A stretch of DNA of 64,000 bases from an uncultured Chitinophagaceae bacterium. GTDB taxonomy: Bacteria > Bacteroidota > Bacteroidia > Chitinophagales > CAIOSU01. Below, piece by piece: positions 1 to 10,412 of the stretch (within the stretch, counting starts at the first letter, position 1; every line of letters starts with the position of its first letter). Below the pieces are notes generated by a model. That model was not told the origin of the DNA. It did no database searches and worked only from the letters and a program-made list of their open reading frames with translations. A program made the translations under genes and the position numbers. The stretch is taken from assembly GCA_964543705.1 (NCBI GenBank), contig CAZIZP010000005.1:1612-65611 (forward strand). Reading direction: 5' to 3'.

Positions 1-2
1 TA

Positions 3-3000
3 ACTTTCCCTACTACTATTACTATTCTCAATGGGCAAACTACAGGGACTTTAACTTTTAATATTGCCGATGATAATGTAGCCGAAAGTACCGAAACAGC
101 AACATTTACTATTAGCAACCCAAGCGCAGGTATTGTGCTAGGCACACCCCTAACCAGAAATTTAACTATTACTAATAACCCATTAACCTACATTGAACTT
201 ACTGCCTTAAATGTGCCGGCTACTGAAGATTTTGCAGGTATGGGATCTAATGGTTCCGCTCCAACACCAACAGGTTTTGGTATTCAAGATGGCAATTCCA
301 CTACTATCGCTTCGGCAGTAACCCAACAGGCAAGCAGTGGCACACCTACAGCAGGCGGTGCTTACAACTGGGGGCAATCTACAACCGAAAGAGCATTAGG
401 TTTAATGTTTAGTAGTGGCTATAATAACAAGAGTATTTTAGCTGCAGTGAAGAATAGTACCGGAGGCACAGGTAGCATCTTTGAAATTAAATTTAATTAT
501 GAGCAATACAGAAGAAACTCTGCAACACAAACATTTAAATTACAATATTCAACTTCACTTACCACAGGCTGGGTCGATGTGCCTGGCGGTAATTTTACTA
601 ACATTGCGAGTGGAGGCAGTTTACATAATTTCACTTCTTTAATCGCTTCAGAATATATCGATATACAGTTTACCCCTGCTGCTACAGTAGCCAATAATCA
701 AGTAGTTTATTTCCGTTGGATATTAGATGGCAGCACAAATAGTAGCGGAGTGGGTATTGATGATGTATCTATTGCTTTAGTAACCGTATCGTGCAGCACA
801 CCTACTACACAGATAAGCAATACTAACTTTTCGGGCGTTACACAAAATGCTATAGATTTCAACTTTACTGTAGGCGATGGAAGCAACCGTGTGGTATATA
901 TCAACAGCACCAATAGCTTCACCGCACCTACCGATGGGGCAGCATTGCCTTCGGTAAATACTACCTGGGCTAATAGTGGTCAGCAATTAATTTATAATGG
1001 TAGCGGCAATTCAGCTTCGGTTTCGGGTTTAAGTGCAGGCACCACCTATTACTTCCGCGTATATGAATACAACTGTACAGGCAGCAATACCAAGTTTTTA
1101 AATACTACTACCACTTATAATCAAGCTACCAACATTGCTGCTTCTACAGCAAGTGTTGTGCAGGCAGTAAGTAATTCAGAAGCTAACACTATATCTTCTT
1201 TAGTAAATGGCACAATTGTAAGCAATAGCAATGGAGTGCAGGTGTGGCGTTTCCGCCTATATGATGGTAATGGTATTAGCAATGATGCTGATAATATGCC
1301 TACTATTTATACCGGCTGGACTATCAGGGCTAGTGCCGATAATACTGTTCCTAATTGGAGCACAGCTATAGCAGATAGAAAATTCTTTTTAGGAACAAGT
1401 ACTATTCCAATTACAGGTGGTGGTCTTACTAACCCTAATAATATTCCTTTCCCAATTTCATCTCCATTCATTACCGTTCCTGATGATGGTTTTGTTGATG
1501 TCTACATGCGTATTACTTTAGCAAATCCATTACCCGTAGGCTCTGACGGACAAAAGTTTGGCTTTAGTTTAGTGCCTGCCGATATTACAGTTGCGTCATC
1601 TGCTACAAGTTCTCAGTTGGGAAGTTTTTCGGCTACCAGCAATGGTACAAAAAATATTATTGATGTATTAGCTACTCTAAAATTTATTGATGCGCCTACC
1701 AATGTTGTAATTAATAACAACTTTACTATTACTGTTAGTGCTGTTGATGCCAATGGTAATATAGATCAAAACCAGACAGGAGCTATTACTTTGTCGCAAT
1801 TTACGGGAAGCGGAACGTTTAGCGGAGGTAGTACCCAAAATTTAGTGGGTGGTTCTTACACATGGACAGGTTTAACTTATGATGAGGTAGGAACTTTCCA
1901 GGTAAGAGCACAAGGGGGGGCATTTGCACCTGTTTTTGCAACTATTAATGCTACAAACGATCCATTTCAATTATTTGATGATTTCAATAGAGCGAATAAT
2001 AACATTGTAGGCATTCCAAGCAGTGGAGGTACTACTTTATGGTCTGAAACTGAAACAGGAGATGGCTCAAGAGTAAGAATTTCTAATAACAGACTTATTC
2101 TTTCTAATTGCAATTCAGACGGAAGTAATTCAGGTAATGGATTCGAGCAAGTAGCGTTTGATATGACACCGAAGTATGAAACATTATTTGAGAATGCAAA
2201 TGGCACAATGAACTGGAAGTTCAATATGAGAAGTACAAGGTCGGGCCCATCGGGCTTTAGCATCACTAATACGTATGGTATTGCAGCAGTATTGGGTTGT
2301 GATGAGATCGATTATCAATCTACATCAGCCGATGGTTATGCAGTTATTATTGGCAATACAGGAGCACCTAATCCAGTTAAGTTAATAAGATTTACCAATG
2401 GGCTAAGAAGTAACTCAAACATAACAGATGTTGCGGTATCATCTTACACAGGTGAGACGGGTTACCTAAGCATTAATGTATCTTATAACCCTTGTAACAA
2501 TGAGTGGTCTCTTTGGGTTAGAAACGATGGTAGCGATTTTGCTGATCCTAATGCAGGTTCCTTTGGAAGTGCTTTTACCGGTGTTGATAATACCCATACT
2601 TCAAAAGATCTGAAATATTCAGGATTTGCTTTTCAACATGGTGCTTCATGTTCTGAAATTGTAAGTATTGATAACTTTTATATTCCTAATGCTGGAACAT
2701 TAGTTGCAGGCACTACAGTATGGACCGGAGCATTAAACAATTTATGGCATGTTAGTGATAATTGGTATTGTGGTGTACTACCAAATTCAACAATCAATGC
2801 TGTTATTCCTAATGTAACTAACGCTCCTGAAGTTATAGATTTAAACCCAGGCAATGTAAAAGACGTAATTATCAGTAACAATGCAGAAATTACAATTTTT
2901 GGCGAGTTAAATGTATATGGAAATTTCACTAATAGTGGCGGAATAGTAACAGGGGAAGGCACTTTGTCCTTCAAAGGAAGTTTGCCTCAGTCAATAAATG

Positions 3001-5168
3001 GTAACTTCAGAATAGGCATTTTAGAAATTGACAATAGCAACGGGGTACAATTTGCATTTAATACAAATGCACTTATAGATGAAAAATTAGTATTAAAAAC
3101 TGGTAATTTAAACACCAATAATGGAACTGTTACACTGAAGTCGTCTGCTACCCGCACAGCCTATATTGACGATTTCACTTCAGGATATAACGGTACTATT
3201 ACCACCAACAACAACTTAACCATAGAGCGATATATACCGGTAGTAGCCAACCCGCTTTCGGCAACACCCTTTGCGTACTTGAATCGCTATTTTTATATTG
3301 GCTCTATTACTAACAATATTACTACAGCTTCTAAATGGAATGGGCAATTTAGCTTAAATGCTAATGCTGGCGCCAACAACAGCAATACTGTTACTCCAAA
3401 AACTGATTGCAGCAGAGAAGCGTTGGCACAAGGCAGTCCATTCAGTAACTTATTTGCTTATGATGAAAGCAGAGTACAAGGTGATTGCTACTTAAGAGGG
3501 TGGATACCATTAAATGCTTCTGCTACAATAGAAAGAGGCAAAGGCTATGCAGCACGTATTAACGACCCCGCAATTATTAACTCAAACAGATTATTAAGTG
3601 AAACCGGAAATTACAGTAAACTTCCTGTTACTTTCAACAATCTTAGTATAAGCGCCAATAATAATTCAGCATCATTATACTCCGGACAGTTTGGCACCAA
3701 AGGTCACCATATTATTTCCAACCCATTCTGGGCACCAATAGACTGGAGAGTTGTAGCCACTAATAATGCCTCCGTTTATGGTACTGCTTATAAGTTTAAC
3801 CCTGCAACAGGTAACTTTTTACCATTAAACAATTCAGGAGTAGTGCCTGTGGAAATTGGTACTAATGAAGCAATCATCATATTACCTTTAGATGCTAACC
3901 AAAGCAGCTATAATGTAACCATTCCTGCTACTGCAAGAGTAAACAGCACCAGCAATAGTTTACTTAGACAACAACAGCTTTATCAGTATAAGTTAGAAGT
4001 AAAAGTACAATCGGCAGATAATGAATCGGATAAGGCCTATTTAATATTTGACAATAGCTTTACTGAAACCCATGATAATGGTTTTGATGCTAAAAAAATG
4101 TTTAGCAGCATAGGCGTGCCAAGTATTTACACTAAAGATTTGAATAATGAAAGAAGCAGTATTTTGGCTTTGCCTGAAAATACCCAGCAAACCACTATTC
4201 CTTTAGGTGTAGCTATTGAATACAATGGTAATCATACCTTAACTTTTGAAGGCGTAGAAGATTTTCCGAATACTTCTATTATTTGGTTAGAAGATTTACA
4301 AACAGGAACCATACAGTATTTGAGAAATAATAATACGTATAGCTTCACTGCCAACAAAACAGATAATGCCGATAGGTTCTTATTACACTTTGCGCCTGAG
4401 TTGCTAATTGCTTCCACAGATGCAAACTGCGATAATGAAAACGGAAATATTAACATTACCGAAAGAGGTGGTTTGGAATGGACTTATACTTTAACCGATG
4501 AAAACAGCAATGTGATTACAAACAGCCTAATCAACGGCAGCCAACAAACTATTGGTCAGTTACCAAGTGGTACTTATACATTACAATTAACCAATACTAT
4601 CAGTGGTTATCAAACGGTTGAAGCCGTAACGATAAATCAGGTGGCAACAGTAACAGCCGCTATTAGCATACCAAACGCAACAGTTAATGTAGGCGATATG
4701 GTAACAGTTGATATTAGCAACACCACCGGAGCAACAAATACCAGTGTAGATATGGGCGATGGTACTGTTTACAACAACGAAAGCATCATAAACCACAGTT
4801 ATACTATCGGTGGTAATTATACCATTACAGTAAATGCCAATAACGATAACTGTGCCGATGCTGCAACGCTAAAAGTTGAAGTAATGGATATTGCTACAAG
4901 TATTGCCAATAATAATCAAGACCTTTCGATAGAAGTATATGCTAGCCAAAATAATTTATACATTACCCAACACTTGCAAGAAGGCTCAGTAGATACAAAA
5001 GTAGAAGTGTATAATATGTTGGGGCAAATAGTTGCTTCTGAAACTATTAATGCTCAATACCAGCAGGCATACAGCATTAGTATGAATGATATTGCTAAAG
5101 GCACTTATATAGCCCGCGTAATTGCCAATGGAAAAACTTCATCGAAGCGAATAATTATAAGCGAATAA
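3..5168 (+). CDS. Large secreted cell-surface protein, 5'-partial (Calx-beta-like segment, PKD-like domain, T9SS type-A C-terminal sorting domain)
   Basis: The frame of the listed 135..5168 ORF stays open back to base 3, so the gene starts upstream of the window. The extra N-terminal stretch TFPTTITILNGQTTGTLTFNIADDNVAESTETATFTISNPSAG reads like a Calx-beta repeat. A PKD-like segment is present (DMGDGTVYN...HSYTIGGNYTITV). The C-terminus VEVYNMLGQIV...GTYIARVIANGKTSSKRIIISE is a typical Por/T9SS tail. Confidence 0.75.
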   Translation, partial: TFPTTITILNGQTTGTLTFNIADDNVAESTETATFTISNPSAGIVLGTPLTRNLTITNNPLTYIELTALNVPATEDFAGMGSNGSAPTPTGFGIQDGNSTTIASAVTQQASSGTPTAGGAYNWGQSTTERALGLMFSSGYNNKSILAAVKNSTGGTGSIFEIKFNYEQYRRNSATQTFKLQYSTSLTTGWVDVPGGNFTNIASGGSLHNFTSLIASEYIDIQFTPAATVANNQVVYFRWILDGSTNSSGVGIDDVSIALVTVSCSTPTTQISNTNFSGVTQNAIDFNFTVGDGSNRVVYINSTNSFTAPTDGAALPSVNTTWANSGQQLIYNGSGNSASVSGLSAGTTYYFRVYEYNCTGSNTKFLNTTTTYNQATNIAASTASVVQAVSNSEANTISSLVNGTIVSNSNGVQVWRFRLYDGNGISNDADNMPTIYTGWTIRASADNTVPNWSTAIADRKFFLGTSTIPITGGGLTNPNNIPFPISSPFITVPDDGFVDVYMRITLANPLPVGSDGQKFGFSLVPADITVASSATSSQLGSFSATSNGTKNIIDVLATLKFIDAPTNVVINNNFTITVSAVDANGNIDQNQTGAITLSQFTGSGTFSGGSTQNLVGGSYTWTGLTYDEVGTFQVRAQGGAFAPVFATINATNDPFQLFDDFNRANNNIVGIPSSGGTTLWSETETGDGSRVRISNNRLILSNCNSDGSNSGNGFEQVAFDMTPKYETLFENANGTMNWKFNMRSTRSGPSGFSITNTYGIAAVLGCDEIDYQSTSADGYAVIIGNTGAPNPVKLIRFTNGLRSNSNITDVAVSSYTGETGYLSINVSYNPCNNEWSLWVRNDGSDFADPNAGSFGSAFTGVDNTHTSKDLKYSGFAFQHGASCSEIVSIDNFYIPNAGTLVAGTTVWTGALNNLWHVSDNWYCGVLPNSTINAVIPNVTNAPEVIDLNPGNVKDVIISNNAEITIFGELNVYGNFTNSGGIVTGEGTLSFKGSLPQSINGNFRIGILEIDNSNGVQFAFNTNALIDEKLVLKTGNLNTNNGTVTLKSSATRTAYIDDFTSGYNGTITTNNNLTIERYIPVVANPLSATPFAYLNRYFYIGSITNNITTASKWNGQFSLNANAGANNSNTVTPKTDCSREALAQGSPFSNLFAYDESRVQGDCYLRGWIPLNASATIERGKGYAARINDPAIINSNRLLSETGNYSKLPVTFNNLSISANNNSASLYSGQFGTKGHHIISNPFWAPIDWRVVATNNASVYGTAYKFNPATGNFLPLNNSGVVPVEIGTNEAIIILPLDANQSSYNVTIPATARVNSTSNSLLRQQQLYQYKLEVKVQSADNESDKAYLIFDNSFTETHDNGFDAKKMFSSIGVPSIYTKDLNNERSSILALPENTQQTTIPLGVAIEYNGNHTLTFEGVEDFPNTSIIWLEDLQTGTIQYLRNNNTYSFTANKTDNADRFLLHFAPELLIASTDANCDNENGNINITERGGLEWTYTLTDENSNVITNSLINGSQQTIGQLPSGTYTLQLTNTISGYQTVEAVTINQVATVTAAISIPNATVNVGDMVTVDISNTTGATNTSVDMGDGTVYNNESIINHSYTIGGNYTITVNANNDNCADAATLKVEVMDIATSIANNNQDLSIEVYASQNNLYITQHLQEGSVDTKVEVYNMLGQIVASETINAQYQQAYSISMNDIAKGTYIARVIANGKTSSKRIIISE

Positions 5169-5191
5169 CAGTTTTTAAAATTAAACCTCTT

Positions 5192-5222
5192 AAAAGGCTG
5201 CCCGAAAATGGCAGCCTTTTTG
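5192..5222 (+). terminator. Rho-independent terminator
   Basis: aaaaGGCTGCC-cgaaaat-GGCAGCCttttt hairpin plus T-run, 24 nt after the stop at 5168. Confidence 0.7.
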
Positions 5223-5248
5223 CTATTTTAGCAACCAAAGAAATAATT

Positions 5249-6058
5249 ATGAGAACGGTTTTAAAATTTACAGGTTTCGCACTAATAGTTGTTTTATTAC
5301 TTAATATTCAAGCCTGTAAAAACAAAGAAGATAAAAGCCTTAATATTTTCAGAATACAAGACGATATTGCTTTAGGACAGGAATTAGAGGCGCATATTGC
5401 CGCTAACCCTCAGGAATTCCCTTTGCTTTCTGAAGCAGCACACCCACAAGCTTATGCTTATATTAGAGGATTAAGAGACTCAATTCTGTACGCAGGAAAG
5501 GTATTCTATAAAAATGAATTTGAGTGGAAAGTAAGAATTATTCAAGACGATGCAACTTTAAATGCTTTTTGTGCACCTGGCGGCTATATTTATGTTTATA
5601 CAGGACTTATAAAATATTTAGATTCTGAAGATGAGCTAATTGGTGTTTTGGGCCACGAAATGGCACATGCCGACAGAAGACATTCTACTGACCAGTTAAC
5701 CAAGCAATATGGGCTTTCTCTTTTAATTGGTATAGTTGCCGGCACTACCGGACAAGACCAATTGGCCCAAATTGCCGGAAGTCTTACTTCTCTTGCTTTT
5801 AGCAGAAGCGATGAAAAAGAAGCCGATGAATACTCAGTAAAATATTTGTGCCCTACCTCCTATAATGCTGCAGGTGCAGCCGGTTTCTTTGAAAAAATAG
5901 AAGCACAAGGCGGTTCTAATGTTCCGCAATTTTTAAGTACTCACCCTAATCCCGATAACAGAATTCAAAACATTTATGAAACTAAAACCAATGAAGGCTG
6001 TGGAGGTAATGAGAAGTATGACGTTCGTTATGAAGCTTTTAAGGCCAGCTTACCTTAG
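5249..6058 (+). CDS. M48-family zinc metallopeptidase, lipoprotein
   Basis: Signal peptide with lipobox LLNIQAC. HExxH zinc motif present (GHEMAHADRRH). Confidence 0.85.
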   Translation: MRTVLKFTGFALIVVLLLNIQACKNKEDKSLNIFRIQDDIALGQELEAHIAANPQEFPLLSEAAHPQAYAYIRGLRDSILYAGKVFYKNEFEWKVRIIQDDATLNAFCAPGGYIYVYTGLIKYLDSEDELIGVLGHEMAHADRRHSTDQLTKQYGLSLLIGIVAGTTGQDQLAQIAGSLTSLAFSRSDEKEADEYSVKYLCPTSYNAAGAAGFFEKIEAQGGSNVPQFLSTHPNPDNRIQNIYETKTNEGCGGNEKYDVRYEAFKASLP

Positions 6059-7413
6059 TACACTATAATTTCGTCTTTAGTTTTCTTTCCTAACCAGCTA
6101 CGAATTATTCTATGAATATCCGGGTCGTCAGGCTGCAATTGTACGGCTTCTTTTAATGATTCAATATCGTTTTCTATATACTCGGGCTCAAAGTAACCAT
6201 AGCCTTTGTATTCATAATTTTCTATCCACACTACCGATTGCTGGTGGTGCGATTTACCTTCGCTTATAATAAAGAAACTCGGGTTTTTATATCGGTAGCG
6301 GGCATTTACCTCTTTAAACTTCAAATTGTAAACCGATGCAGGCATTTCAGCAACAGTATTTTCTGCATTTCCAAACCCACACAACGATGGATACAACCCG
6401 TATTTATCAATTAGTTTGCGCATTACAATATTGGCACTTTTTCTATTGGTAAACTCTATCAAAGGCTTTTCGCCTTGCTTTAGCGGTTCAATTTTTAAAT
6501 TGAAAAATCCATTTTCATCAGCAAAATGGTAAATACCATATCGATATTTTTGTGTTCGTAAAGAAGCATTGTAAGGTGGAAGGTACTTTCTTAGCTCGTT
6601 GGCTTCCATAATCGTAGCAATTAACTCGCTTCCGGTTAATTCATAACTTATATCATAAATTTTGTTTTTCATTTCAGCAAATCTTACGCTTTCTGAGCTA
6701 CTGCTGAAGTGACTAATAACTTTTTTACGAATGTTTTTTGATTTACCAATATATAATGGCTTACCTTTTTCGTCTAAGAAATAATAAATCCCTACTTCTT
6801 CGGGCAAATCATCTATAAGTTCTTTTGAAAGTTTTGGTGGCGCAGCAACATCATTCAACTCTTCTTCCAGCATAGTTCTAATAGACTCTTTCTTGTCGTT
6901 CAGAAGAATTTTTTCAAACAATAAAGCAGTGGCTTCAGCATCGCCTAAGGCGCGGTGGCGATTATCTACCGGAATGCCCATTTCCCTGCAAAGCTTACCT
7001 AAACTATAACTTTTATATCCAGGAAGAATTTGTCTTGCCAACTTAACTGTGCAAAGTTGCTTGCGATTAAAGCGCATACCTATACGCTTAAATTCGTTAC
7101 GCAGCACACCATAATCGAAGCGGGCATTATGTGCTACGAATATGGCATTTTCAGTAAGTTCATTTATTTCTTTTGCTATTTCAGGAAAAGTAGGGGCATC
7201 TTTCAGCATATCGTTATTAATGCCTGTAAGCGATACCACAAAAGGCATTATTGGTGCTTCAGGATTTATTAACGAGCTATACTGTTTTACAATTTTTTTG
7301 CCGTTATGAACTATAATAGCAATTTCCATCACCCTGTCTTTAGAAGGGTTTCCTCCGGTTGTTTCCGTATCAATAATGGCAAATAGCTGTTCCTTTTCCC
7401 CCAGTCCGTTCAC
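6055..7413 (-). CDS. DEDDh 3'-5' exonuclease (DnaQ/epsilon-like) fused to a GIY-YIG nuclease domain
   Basis: N-terminal exonuclease motifs: FAIIDTETTG, VAHNARFDYGVL, HRALGDAEATA. These are followed by a GIY-YIG-like segment, GIYYFLDEKGKPLYIGKSKNIRKKV. Confidence 0.8.
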   Translation of the reverse strand: MNGLGEKEQLFAIIDTETTGGNPSKDRVMEIAIIVHNGKKIVKQYSSLINPEAPIMPFVVSLTGINNDMLKDAPTFPEIAKEINELTENAIFVAHNARFDYGVLRNEFKRIGMRFNRKQLCTVKLARQILPGYKSYSLGKLCREMGIPVDNRHRALGDAEATALLFEKILLNDKKESIRTMLEEELNDVAAPPKLSKELIDDLPEEVGIYYFLDEKGKPLYIGKSKNIRKKVISHFSSSSESVRFAEMKNKIYDISYELTGSELIATIMEANELRKYLPPYNASLRTQKYRYGIYHFADENGFFNLKIEPLKQGEKPLIEFTNRKSANIVMRKLIDKYGLYPSLCGFGNAENTVAEMPASVYNLKFKEVNARYRYKNPSFFIISEGKSHHQQSVVWIENYEYKGYGYFEPEYIENDIESLKEAVQLQPDDPDIHRIIRSWLGKKTKDEIIVY

Positions 7414-7422
7414 AAAAATTAT

Positions 7423-8259
7423 TTAAGCATTTAATTGTTTCTGAAGCCAATCGCAAATCATGACAATGGCTTTGTCTCTATCGTGGTCGTGGTGTGTTTC
7501 ATGGTAGCCGCCCTCGAATAGTTGCAGTTGAGCTTTTGCGCCTACTTTCTCGGCAAATTCTTTTGAAGCAACATGAGAGGTTAGTTGGTCGCCCGTTCCG
7601 TGGTAAATTAACAGTGGCAATGGAAATTCAGCAGCATGTTGCATGGCATATTCACCCTTTTCCATAAAGCCGAAATACATGCCGGGTGTAATGCTATCAT
7701 GCACCAACTTATCGTCTTCATATTTTTTCACTTCTTCAGGAATACGCGAAATAGTTTTTGCATCGAGATTACTGAATTGTGGCAAGGATGGAAAAATATT
7801 TTTTACCAAATTTCCTAAAGTAGTTTTCCATGCCGGTGGGTCAAAAGCTAAGCGCAACAAAGGCGATGAAGCAATAACTCCCTTTATTTTCGGTTCACGG
7901 TCTAAAGCATAATTAATTACCACATTTCCGCCCATGCTATGTCCCATTAAAAATCTTGGGGTTTCAGGAAAAAACTCTTCGGCCTTATTTAATAAATCAT
8001 CTACTGAATACAATAAATGTTCATAGGAAGGCGAGTGCCCGCGTTGTCCTTTCGACTTGCCGTGTCCTCGTTGGTCAAAACCAATAACGGCATAGCCTGC
8101 TTTTACAATATCTTCAGCAAAATGGTTGTAACGATTAATGTGTTCGCCCATGCCGTGTACTAAACACACCACCGCCTTTATATCATTTTCAGGAGCCCAA
8201 TACTTCCCATATATTTCAAGGTCATCTATGGTCTTCCAACTAAATTCTTTAGTTTTCAT
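7423..8259 (-). CDS. Alpha/beta hydrolase (lysophospholipase / monoacylglycerol lipase-like)
   Basis: Nucleophile elbow GHSMGG. HGMGEH oxyanion region. C-terminal YHETHHD region. Confidence 0.8.
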   Translation of the reverse strand: MKTKEFSWKTIDDLEIYGKYWAPENDIKAVVCLVHGMGEHINRYNHFAEDIVKAGYAVIGFDQRGHGKSKGQRGHSPSYEHLLYSVDDLLNKAEEFFPETPRFLMGHSMGGNVVINYALDREPKIKGVIASSPLLRLAFDPPAWKTTLGNLVKNIFPSLPQFSNLDAKTISRIPEEVKKYEDDKLVHDSITPGMYFGFMEKGEYAMQHAAEFPLPLLIYHGTGDQLTSHVASKEFAEKVGAKAQLQLFEGGYHETHHDHDRDKAIVMICDWLQKQLNA

Positions 8260-8274
8260 TTTTTACTGTTCATA

Positions 8275-8282
8275 CAAATATA
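8275..8282 (-). promoter_or_regulatory. Candidate Bacteroidota -7 box (TAnnTTTG)
   Basis: Minus strand reads TATATTTG, 15 nt upstream of the ATG at 8259. Confidence 0.4.
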
Positions 8283-8386
8283 AAGTTTTTAAAGGCTAAT
8301 AAATATCTAACTTAGTTTCCGTTTATGTTGATATAAATATGAAAGATTAAAAGCATCTTTGGTTAGGATGTAAAAACTTACACTCA

Positions 8387-9448
8387 ATGAAAATGATATT
8401 CTTTATTCTGAAAATAGTTTTAGGCATTGCGCTACTATTTGGATTATATGTGGGCGGAAATATTTTATACGCCACACTTACTGATTATAAGCCCCCACTT
8501 CAGGAAACTTTGCAGGTAGAGAATGCTCAAAATTTACAAGCAACCGATTCGGTTTTTTCATTTTTAATATGGAATATTGGTTATGGTGGTTTAGGTGCAA
8601 AAGACGATTTTTTTTACGATGGCGGCAAAACAGTAGTATCTCCTGAAAAGCATGTAGAAGAATATCTTGAAGGCATAAAAAACTTTTTAAAACAACATGC
8701 TGACAAAGATTTTATTATGCTGCAGGAAGTAGATAAAAAAGCAAAACGAAGTTATGGTAATAATGAGCTAAAGCTCATTGCTGAAATATTACCTAACCAC
8801 TCTTATGTTTATGCACCAAATTATGTGGTAGATTTTATTCCTATTCCTTACACTAACCCACTTGGCAGGGTTAATGCAGGCTTGGGAAGCTACAGTAAAT
8901 TTCAGCTTACAGAAGCTACGCGCTATCAGTTGCCCGGAAGTTTTCCGTGGCCTAAAAGCGTTTATTTTTTAGATCGCTGCATTTTAGTAAAGCGCACATC
9001 GCTTTCAAACGGAAAAGATTTAATTGTAGTTAATATTCACAATTCGGCCTATGACGATACAGGCGAATTGAAAGCTGCTGAAATGGCTTTCATAAAAGAC
9101 TATCTGCTAAAAGAATTTGAAAAAGGAAACTTTATTGTAGTAGGTGGCGACTGGAACCAAACACCAACTGATTTTGAAAAGAATACTTACCGAAAATCGG
9201 GCGATGATTATGCCCCTGAGAACATTGCCAAAGATTTAATGCCTGCCGGCTGGTGGTGGATATATGATGGCACATCGCCAACCAACAGAAACTTAAAAGC
9301 TGCTTACAATCCCGAAACTACTTCATGCACCGTAATAGACTTTTATTTGGTTTCTCCTAATATAGAAGTACTGGAAGTAAAAACACATAATCTGAACTTT
9401 GCTTATTCAGACCATCAACCGGTGTCAATGAAAATTAAATTGAGGTAA
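8387..9448 (+). CDS. Endonuclease/exonuclease/phosphatase (EEP) family protein with N-terminal membrane anchor
   Basis: N-terminal hydrophobic helix. Motifs LQEVD, VVNIHN and GDWNQ, plus a C-terminal SDHQPV typical of the EEP fold. Confidence 0.75.
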   Translation: MKMIFFILKIVLGIALLFGLYVGGNILYATLTDYKPPLQETLQVENAQNLQATDSVFSFLIWNIGYGGLGAKDDFFYDGGKTVVSPEKHVEEYLEGIKNFLKQHADKDFIMLQEVDKKAKRSYGNNELKLIAEILPNHSYVYAPNYVVDFIPIPYTNPLGRVNAGLGSYSKFQLTEATRYQLPGSFPWPKSVYFLDRCILVKRTSLSNGKDLIVVNIHNSAYDDTGELKAAEMAFIKDYLLKEFEKGNFIVVGGDWNQTPTDFEKNTYRKSGDDYAPENIAKDLMPAGWWWIYDGTSPTNRNLKAAYNPETTSCTVIDFYLVSPNIEVLEVKTHNLNFAYSDHQPVSMKIKLR

Positions 9449-9470
9449 CTGAAAAAATACAAATACCATT

Positions 9471-10388
9471 ATGGAAAACAAAGTGTATAGTGTTGCTGAA
9501 ATTAATTTCAGCATAGAACATGTGGCAAGCAGGCAAGAGCCAAGAAAAATATTAATGTGCAACCCTGAATACTTCGATATTGTAGATGTGAAAAATGTAC
9601 ACATGGAAGGCAATATTGGAGTGCTTGATAAAGCCCTGGCAAAAAAGCAATGGGAAGATTTAAAAGCCATATATCAATCGTTTGTTACAGAAGGCATTTT
9701 AGAAGAGGTTTATACCATTTCAGGAGGCAAAGATTGTGAAGACATGGTGTTTACTGCCAATCAATCTTTTCCGTGGATACTGAATGACGAAAAGGTAGTA
9801 GTAATGAGCAAAATGCGACATGAAAGTCGCCAAAGAGAAGTGCCTTATTTTGAAACATTTTATAAAAGCAAAGGCTATAAGCTTTTGCACTTGCAAGAAG
9901 CAAAACTTTTCGAAGGCATGGGCGATACTATTCCTCACTATGGTAAAAGACTGTTGTATGGTGGTTACGGACACCGTAGCGATATTACTGCCTATAAAGA
10001 AATATCCACTATGCTTCAGGTGCCTGTAGTTACATTAGAATTGGTAGATGATCGCTTTTACCATCTCGATACTTGTTTTATTCCTGTAAATGAAGAAACG
10101 GTATTGTTGTGTCCTGTAGCATTTAGCAATGATGGTCTTGCAGCACTGAGAAAATTGTTTAAAAACGTAATTGAAGTGCCTGTAGTAGAAGCCGAAACTT
10201 TTTTTGCCCTGAATGCACACTGTATTAACGACCAAAAAACAGGAAAGAAAAAAGCCGTAATACATCCCGGCAGCACCGTTACAAAAAACGCTTTAATTCA
10301 GCATGGTTACGAAGTAATAGAAACTAACACTTCTGAATACATGAAATCAGGAGGTAGTGTGTTTTGTATGAAAATGATGCTGTATTAA
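9471..10388 (+). CDS. Guanidino-group-modifying enzyme superfamily protein (DDAH / CtlX / amidinotransferase-like)
   Basis: About 305 aa. FYHLDTCF motif and a C-terminal catalytic-Cys context, SGGSVFCMKMML. Confidence 0.7.
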   Translation: MENKVYSVAEINFSIEHVASRQEPRKILMCNPEYFDIVDVKNVHMEGNIGVLDKALAKKQWEDLKAIYQSFVTEGILEEVYTISGGKDCEDMVFTANQSFPWILNDEKVVVMSKMRHESRQREVPYFETFYKSKGYKLLHLQEAKLFEGMGDTIPHYGKRLLYGGYGHRSDITAYKEISTMLQVPVVTLELVDDRFYHLDTCFIPVNEETVLLCPVAFSNDGLAALRKLFKNVIEVPVVEAETFFALNAHCINDQKTGKKKAVIHPGSTVTKNALIQHGYEVIETNTSEYMKSGGSVFCMKMMLY

Positions 10389-10412
10389 TTTAGACTAATC
10401 AATCCAAAATAT

